Below the pieces are notes generated by a model, which saw only the letters and a list, made by a program, of their open reading frames with translations, had not been told where the DNA came from and did not search any database. Below are positions 58,587-64,000 of a stretch of DNA of 64,000 bases, piece by piece. Source of the stretch: Albugo candida (taxonomy: Eukaryota); NCBI GenBank assembly GCA_040437565.1, contig JBDOQK010000014.1, positions 372,001 to 436,000 of the forward strand, given 5' to 3'. Position 1 is the stretch's first letter, and each line of letters begins with the position of its first letter. The translations under genes were made by a program, and so were the position numbers.

Positions 58587-60428
58587 ATGACTGAGCCAAA
58601 CACGCAACTAAAAAGTGGCCGTAAATTCCCCTTACATCAGTTAGAGCTTCCGCAAGTTAGGCTCGCTCGACACCAACTCAATCAGCTTCGACATCTCGCA
58701 CAAACACTCAAAAATCGCTTGCAAAATGATCCAAATATTTGTGCACCACAAATTGCGAACAAGCGAACAAATAAAAGCAAAGAAATGGATTACACATTGT
58801 ATCAGGATCGCGATAAAATGACATTTGTCGGTCAGAAAGAGTTTCGCGACGACATTACGTACGGAGTCATTATCGAGCAATCAAAAGCTATTTCGACACA
58901 GGAACAGCGCTTTAAATTTGGTGGAAAAACATTCATTCTCGACAGCTCGATTGTGCATTTGATCGAATCAGAGGCACCTAACGATCCTTTCCATTTTATT
59001 GGACTGAAATGGTATGTGATTCAGTCTCCGATTTTGGAACAGCTCATTTCGCCTCGAGACTTTTTATGTTTGGAAATGACAGGAACGCTACTCAATGAGG
59101 AAACAGGAGAGAAACGTTTGTATCGTATTTTGCATTCTGTAGACATTCTTTTCCGAAATCAGTCGGAAATTGATATGTTGGGATTTGTACGAGGATACAT
59201 GAATGCGACGTATATATACAGCATGTGCTCTCATACTCAAAAGGTGCAGGTCGCAGTGAAGGCCAATTTGGAACCGAGAGGAAAGATTTCGACATGGTTT
59301 GCGGCCAAATATTGCATCGGATACTGGAAATCGACCATCGCGATGGCAGTCGATCAACAGAGCAAGTCAAAAAGAGGAAAGCATCGGTCTTTCTTACAGC
59401 GAACTTCTTCCGTGAGTGATACTTTACGACGTCGTACAACAACAAATATTCCTCGTGATCGTTCGGTTGATTATCAGAGAGTCTGGGAAAGTAGTCGAGC
59501 TGGCTCGACATGTTCAGCAAGAGCGTTGAATTCATCATTAGGTCCATCTGCACCGCGATTGGGAACTCGTATGATGTGCGCTATGTGCTATCGCTCAATT
59601 CGCTCATCACATCCGGAAAGAGAGCGTTGTGGATCGTGTATGCGCTCAATTTGCTCCAATTGTTCCGATGATGTTCATGAAGTCTCCAGCGCTCGATCTG
59701 CGAGTAGTTGTATAATTTTTAGAAAAGTTTGTAAGAAGTGCAATCAACAGCGACAAATTCCAACTCCAAACACATGTCAAAGAAGCGATACAATGGAATC
59801 GAATGTCTTTCATGGTCACGCGATATCTCACAATCCCTACGTACATAACAATCAAACTGATCTGATCGACCTATTGGCGACTTCAAATGCTGGAGATTGT
59901 CCATCCTGGTCATCACTTTCTTCGCTCGATTCAGACGCTTTGTCTAGTAGAAGCAGTCAACGACACGATAAAGAAGTCACCAAAGATATCAATGAGGCCC
60001 TCCGCCAACACAGTACTCGTACTTGGAATTCGGAGCATGGAAGGAATCCAACGTCACATCAAGAAAGCGAATTTCAGGTAAAGGATGCTGGCGCATTTCA
60101 CAAAAACGGACAATATGGTGAATGTTCAATTAATCAGTCAAAATTTACGCACTCCAAATTATTGCATTCCGCATCAAGAGGGTCTTCTGTCGCGACAGTG
60201 AGCAGCATCTCCAACGACAGCGCGCCTCGTTTTAGCAGCCTGTATCGATCTTCAACGTCTTCCTGCAAAATGTCTCGCGTATCGCCGAGACTTTCATCAA
60301 GTGCCATTGGAAGCAACTTGTCCACATCACAATTTCCAACATTGAAGAAGGTCGAAGCATCTCTCGCCAATCAAGCTTATTTATTATACTGCATCCAACA
60401 AGAATGTGCCAAGCAACGCGCTGTATAG
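58587..60428 (+). CDS. Oomycete START-like plus FYVE-type zinc-finger protein
   Basis: PNDPFHFIGLKW...SPRDFLCLEMTG...HSV...GFVRG (START-like); CAMC...CGSCMRSICSNC...CKKC (FYVE-like); Ser-rich tail. Confidence 0.75.
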   Translation: MTEPNTQLKSGRKFPLHQLELPQVRLARHQLNQLRHLAQTLKNRLQNDPNICAPQIANKRTNKSKEMDYTLYQDRDKMTFVGQKEFRDDITYGVIIEQSKAISTQEQRFKFGGKTFILDSSIVHLIESEAPNDPFHFIGLKWYVIQSPILEQLISPRDFLCLEMTGTLLNEETGEKRLYRILHSVDILFRNQSEIDMLGFVRGYMNATYIYSMCSHTQKVQVAVKANLEPRGKISTWFAAKYCIGYWKSTIAMAVDQQSKSKRGKHRSFLQRTSSVSDTLRRRTTTNIPRDRSVDYQRVWESSRAGSTCSARALNSSLGPSAPRLGTRMMCAMCYRSIRSSHPERERCGSCMRSICSNCSDDVHEVSSARSASSCIIFRKVCKKCNQQRQIPTPNTCQRSDTMESNVFHGHAISHNPYVHNNQTDLIDLLATSNAGDCPSWSSLSSLDSDALSSRSSQRHDKEVTKDINEALRQHSTRTWNSEHGRNPTSHQESEFQVKDAGAFHKNGQYGECSINQSKFTHSKLLHSASRGSSVATVSSISNDSAPRFSSLYRSSTSSCKMSRVSPRLSSSAIGSNLSTSQFPTLKKVEASLANQAYLLYCIQQECAKQRAV

Positions 60429-60515
60429 ATTGTCTACGTCTATGGCTCCAGCCTCAACTCTATTGTACATGTCAAACATCCACCTCACCGATTTTCAGAC
60501 TTTGGCCGGAAATGC

Positions 60516-61931
60516 TCATGTGGTTTGTGAAAGACTTTCTCTCGCAGCTTCCAACTTTTCGATAAGATTGGTGATTTTATAATAAAGCCGTAATTTAACC
60601 ATTCGATGAGCGTCAATTTCCACGTATCCAAACCCAAAAAACTGAATCATCCTTCCGTCACCTTTGACTCCCTTGTAACGACCTGAAAAAGAGCCCCAAT
60701 GACGCCATGAAAAATGACAACGTGGAGGCTGTGTGAAGACTTCTAATACTTCCATTGGAAATCCTTCCGTAAATGCCTGAGAAAATGCGCTTTGTGCGTT
60801 GGCGATAATACCGCCTAAAAAGTTTGATCGCAAGCAAATAAATCCAAACGTATCATTTTCTTGTATGGAAGCTCCAGCGATCTGTTCGCCGTCATTCACC
60901 TGAACAAAAAACTGATTTTGATGCACGCTTGTCCAGTCACGATAATTACGCTTACACGTTGCATCCATAATATACGTCTGGCAATAGTTTTCAATATAGC
61001 TCTCCAACGGAGTGTTCTGCTCACATCGAGTTTTGCCTTTCAAATACGCTAAATCATGAATTATGAAATTTGGAACTCCGTACCGCCACGCCACATTCCG
61101 AATCTCATTTGGTTCCAAGCCTCGACGAATAGGACGGTGATGACCCTTAGCAACTAGTTGGTCTAATTGTGACTTGGCTTCCGCTAGCAGACTTTCGCTT
61201 GCAGAGAAAGGAGACACTGCGCCTGGAACAAAGAGTAGAACTTTTTCCGAAATTTTGGAATCTCCAGCTCCAACACATCCGCTTGGTTCCGATTTTGATG
61301 ACTTGAGACTTTGATTTTTGCACATTGAGTTTGATCGATTTTTAAGATCGTCTCCGCTTTTCCTGTCATTCGAGATGATCCGACTTGCACTCGGGTTGAT
61401 CGACCTCTTTGTGTCTTCGAAAGCATGGCGTTGTATTACAGAAGACGCACTTATGTTCGTGTTGTTACGCAGCTGGATGCGTCGGAGAGCGTCCAGCCAA
61501 GCATCACAAGCATGTCTTGAAGTAGTCATGAGACTTCTGGATATGAATTTAGACGCTGGGCCTTCTAGTATGGTAACTCCATGAGAATTATGATTGGTAT
61601 CGCTAGCAACGCGATCGGCTCGGATTACAACACAAACGAGCTTGGGGTCATTAATTCCATCCCCGTCACCAGCGGTATTCCATACTCGATCGCTTGTGAC
61701 CCATCTTTCAAAACAACTCTCATCTTTGAAAGCAAACAGCCGGGGGTTGCTTTCGACCAGAAAATAAAACTTGCGATGACTCGATTTCATAATACTTTTC
61801 TTGCTGGTAAGATACCCTTTATAAAGCAAAGCAGCCGCTCTAGCTGACATATAACGCTCATACGACTGACTCGACACGGTGCTTGCTGTGTGATCACCCA
61901 TACAATAGAGATCGTCTGTAGTGAGAGACAT
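60516..61931 (-). CDS. PH-like domain fused to plant pathogen-related-protein (NTF2/SnoaL-like) domain
   Basis: N-terminus YKGYL.SKK....HRKFYFLV...AFKD...CDAWLDALRR (PH-like). C-terminus WRYGVPNF...F.EGFPMEVLEVFTQPP..FSWRHWG.F.G.YKG..GDG..IQFFG. Confidence 0.7.
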   Translation of the reverse strand: MSLTTDDLYCMGDHTASTVSSQSYERYMSARAAALLYKGYLTSKKSIMKSSHRKFYFLVESNPRLFAFKDESCFERWVTSDRVWNTAGDGDGINDPKLVCVVIRADRVASDTNHNSHGVTILEGPASKFISRSLMTTSRHACDAWLDALRRIQLRNNTNISASSVIQRHAFEDTKRSINPSASRIISNDRKSGDDLKNRSNSMCKNQSLKSSKSEPSGCVGAGDSKISEKVLLFVPGAVSPFSASESLLAEAKSQLDQLVAKGHHRPIRRGLEPNEIRNVAWRYGVPNFIIHDLAYLKGKTRCEQNTPLESYIENYCQTYIMDATCKRNYRDWTSVHQNQFFVQVNDGEQIAGASIQENDTFGFICLRSNFLGGIIANAQSAFSQAFTEGFPMEVLEVFTQPPRCHFSWRHWGSFSGRYKGVKGDGRMIQFFGFGYVEIDAHRMVKLRLYYKITNLIEKLEAARESLSQTT

Positions 61932-62180
61932 TATGTGTATGTGTTGAGACTAAACTAATTTGTCTCGCTTATTGTTTAATGCTACGACGCTAAAAGGGTG
62001 TATAGCAATCTCGCTTTATTCCGCAGTGGCAGAGCCTACGCTTACCGACTAATTTTAGAAACGATTAGATTACAGGTTGCTTGGGCTCGTACCGCCACTA
62101 GTAATAATGCATTGACACACAATTACTACGAGTCAGTAATGCGCAAGCTGGTCTAAAATATGCGTGTCTACTTTTTTGTT

Positions 62181-62804
62181 TCACATACTAAGGAAATTGC
62201 TCGTCATCTGAAGACCATTCTCGGTGAGAATACTTTCCGGATGGAATTGTAGACCTTCGATTTGATATTCTTTGTGCCTTACACCCATTATCATATCATT
62301 TCCTTTCACTGTCGCGGTGACCTGCAATTGAGCTGGCAATGTGTCTGGCAATCCAACTAGCGAATGATATCGTGTGGCCAGTATTTCGTTCTTCAGACCG
62401 GTGAAAAGACCTCTTCCATCATTCACGATCGTGGATTGTTTTCCATGCATAATTTCTCCTGCGTGTCCGACAACACCGCCAAATACTTCAAATATGCATT
62501 GATGACCCAAACAAACACCAGCAATCGGTATTCTCCCTGCAAAAGTGCGTATGAGATCGCACGATATTCCCGCATCTTTCGGAAATCCCGGTCCAGGCGA
62601 AATCATAATACGATCAGGGGACATCGCCTCGACTTGTTCAATCGTAATCTGATCATTTCGGACTACATGGACTTGAGCACCCAATTGCGACATATACTAC
62701 AAGGAAGGGTCGCACAGTCTGACATCTCCGTATCGACAATGCACGCGTACCTGGTAGAGATTGTACACAAAAGAATCATAATTGTCGAGCAATAACACGA
62801 CCAT
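62181..62804 (-). CDS. trpG: Anthranilate synthase component II (class I glutamine amidotransferase)
   Basis: MVVLLLDNYDSFVYNLYQ|Y (intron 62750-62697); ISPGPG, GVCLGHQ, IMHGK, TRYHSL and GLQFHPESI. Confidence 0.9.
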
Positions 62805-63131
62805 TTTCTCGTCCAATTATTGTCATTCGTTTTTATCCAATCGCTCTTCTCGACCCTGACGCCTCTCATTCGTGTGTCATAAATGCCAAATGTCTGTATT
62901 TTCCGTTCCGCTCTATACATCTGTAACAGCTCTCAAGCGAAAGACGCAACTTTGGAATCGAAAGCCGAAAGGAGTTAATGATTACGCTTAGTTTCTCATA
63001 CTCATAGGGTTGCGTCCTTGAGCGAAAGTCCATTTTTTGTCGCATTCGAATGTCTAATATAATATGTATAAGCTTTAGTTTGTGATCTTCTTGCCGAATT
63101 GCACATCACCAAATTCTGGGCCAGTACGATT

Positions 63132-64000
63132 ATGCATGTGTCTTCTTGCTACAATACAAATGCATTACATAAAACTGACCCCAGCAGTACATCCTATCGG
63201 ATGAGAGTCACAAACTCGTCAGATGTATCCGAAGTATCGAGACAAAACACAACACATAGCGATACCGATCAACAAATAAGCCACAATTCTTGCAAAATTG
63301 CTTATCCCAAACGCTACAAAACACAAGAAAAATGGTTTGAGCGAATTTCAGATGTGGCGCTTCCTACCACAAGAGAGCTGGGTGAGTGCATCCAATTACA
63401 ACACAATCAGCATTCTGAATTGGCACTGCTGGCAGTACGGCTGTATGAGGGTATCGTGTCAGGAGATCGACGCAAAAACATTTTCAAAATGTATCGCAAT
63501 TGCTTCACGGGCTGTGAAGCCATCGACTGGATGCTGAAAGCTCATCACGTCACTTCCCTTCACATTGCAATCCAACAAACACAAGCTCTTCTTCGCGAAC
63601 GATATGTATTGCCAGCTGATAAACACGGTAATCGCTTTGAATATAGCAAGAAGCGTTTCTATCGATTCACCGCTCGCACTCGAAAGTTTCGAGAGTCTAC
63701 ATTTGACGATACGTGCACTTCACCGCTAAAGGATCATCGACTTTCCAGCTTTCAGACAACGTTCAATCAAAGTAGGACCAAGTCTGACATTAATTTGCAT
63801 CAATCATCGATATCCGTGTCGTCTTCTTTCAGTGGAAAACGATGCTCACTTTCAATTCCGCATATAAGTGAGCCTGTCATTGAAAATAATACGAATTTTG
63901 GACCGCTCTCAACGCCAAAAAAAAACTCTTTTCACATCGAACCGATTAATTTTGCTGCACGACAACGTGCGGTGGCTGCATTAGTCGGTGCATTTGTAGC
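63132..64000 (+). CDS. DEP-domain protein, 3' truncated by the window edge
   Basis: Own translation of a frame open to the window end: DRRKNIFKMYRNCFTGCEAIDWML...LLRERYV...FEYSKKRFYRF. It ends RQRAVAALVGAFV. Start codon uncertain. Confidence 0.75.
   Translation, partial: MHVSSCYNTNALHKTDPSSTSYRMRVTNSSDVSEVSRQNTTHSDTDQQISHNSCKIAYPKRYKTQEKWFERISDVALPTTRELGECIQLQHNQHSELALLAVRLYEGIVSGDRRKNIFKMYRNCFTGCEAIDWMLKAHHVTSLHIAIQQTQALLRERYVLPADKHGNRFEYSKKRFYRFTARTRKFRESTFDDTCTSPLKDHRLSSFQTTFNQSRTKSDINLHQSSISVSSSFSGKRCSLSIPHISEPVIENNTNFGPLSTPKKNSFHIEPINFAARQRAVAALVGAFV

Noticed and set aside
62181-62804. Bacterial contamination suggested by stand-alone trpG
   Set aside because: The gene has a canonical spliceosomal intron and lies among eukaryotic genes.

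Overview
Eukaryotic draft-assembly window with short GT-AG introns (mostly ~50-70 nt), very compact gene spacing and nine 100-N gaps. The gene content looks oomycete, and a CHxC/CCG-type effector points to the white-rust genus Albugo (inference). There are three zones. (1) 1-16.5 kb is gene-dense: DDT/WHIM-PHD chromatin protein, Ssn6/Cyc8-like TPR corepressor with a (QA)15 tract, COX5C-like subunit, secreted multicopper oxidase, CBP80, longin R-SNARE and an AKR-like protein. (2) ~16.5-46 kb is gene-sparse and TE-rich: a multi-module CCG effector broken by two frameshifts, a 194-bp tandem array, a decayed Tc1/mariner-type element, four nested Mutator-like TIR elements, a secreted half-pepsin protein and an RS-rich orphan. 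(3) 46-64 kb is gene-dense: AspH-like hydroxylase, TRAPPC6, PEX22-like, R2R3 Myb, COX7C-like, FSH1, LYR, EMC3, TALE homeobox, CDGSH protein, a stand-alone transposase-derived HTH gene with tandem dyad repeats upstream, START-FYVE, PH plus pathogen-related protein, TrpG and a DEP protein. Eight of the nine gaps are flanked by duplicated sequence (unmerged contig overlaps), so several apparent duplications are assembly artefacts. All calls come from motif recognition by eye; no database searches were run.
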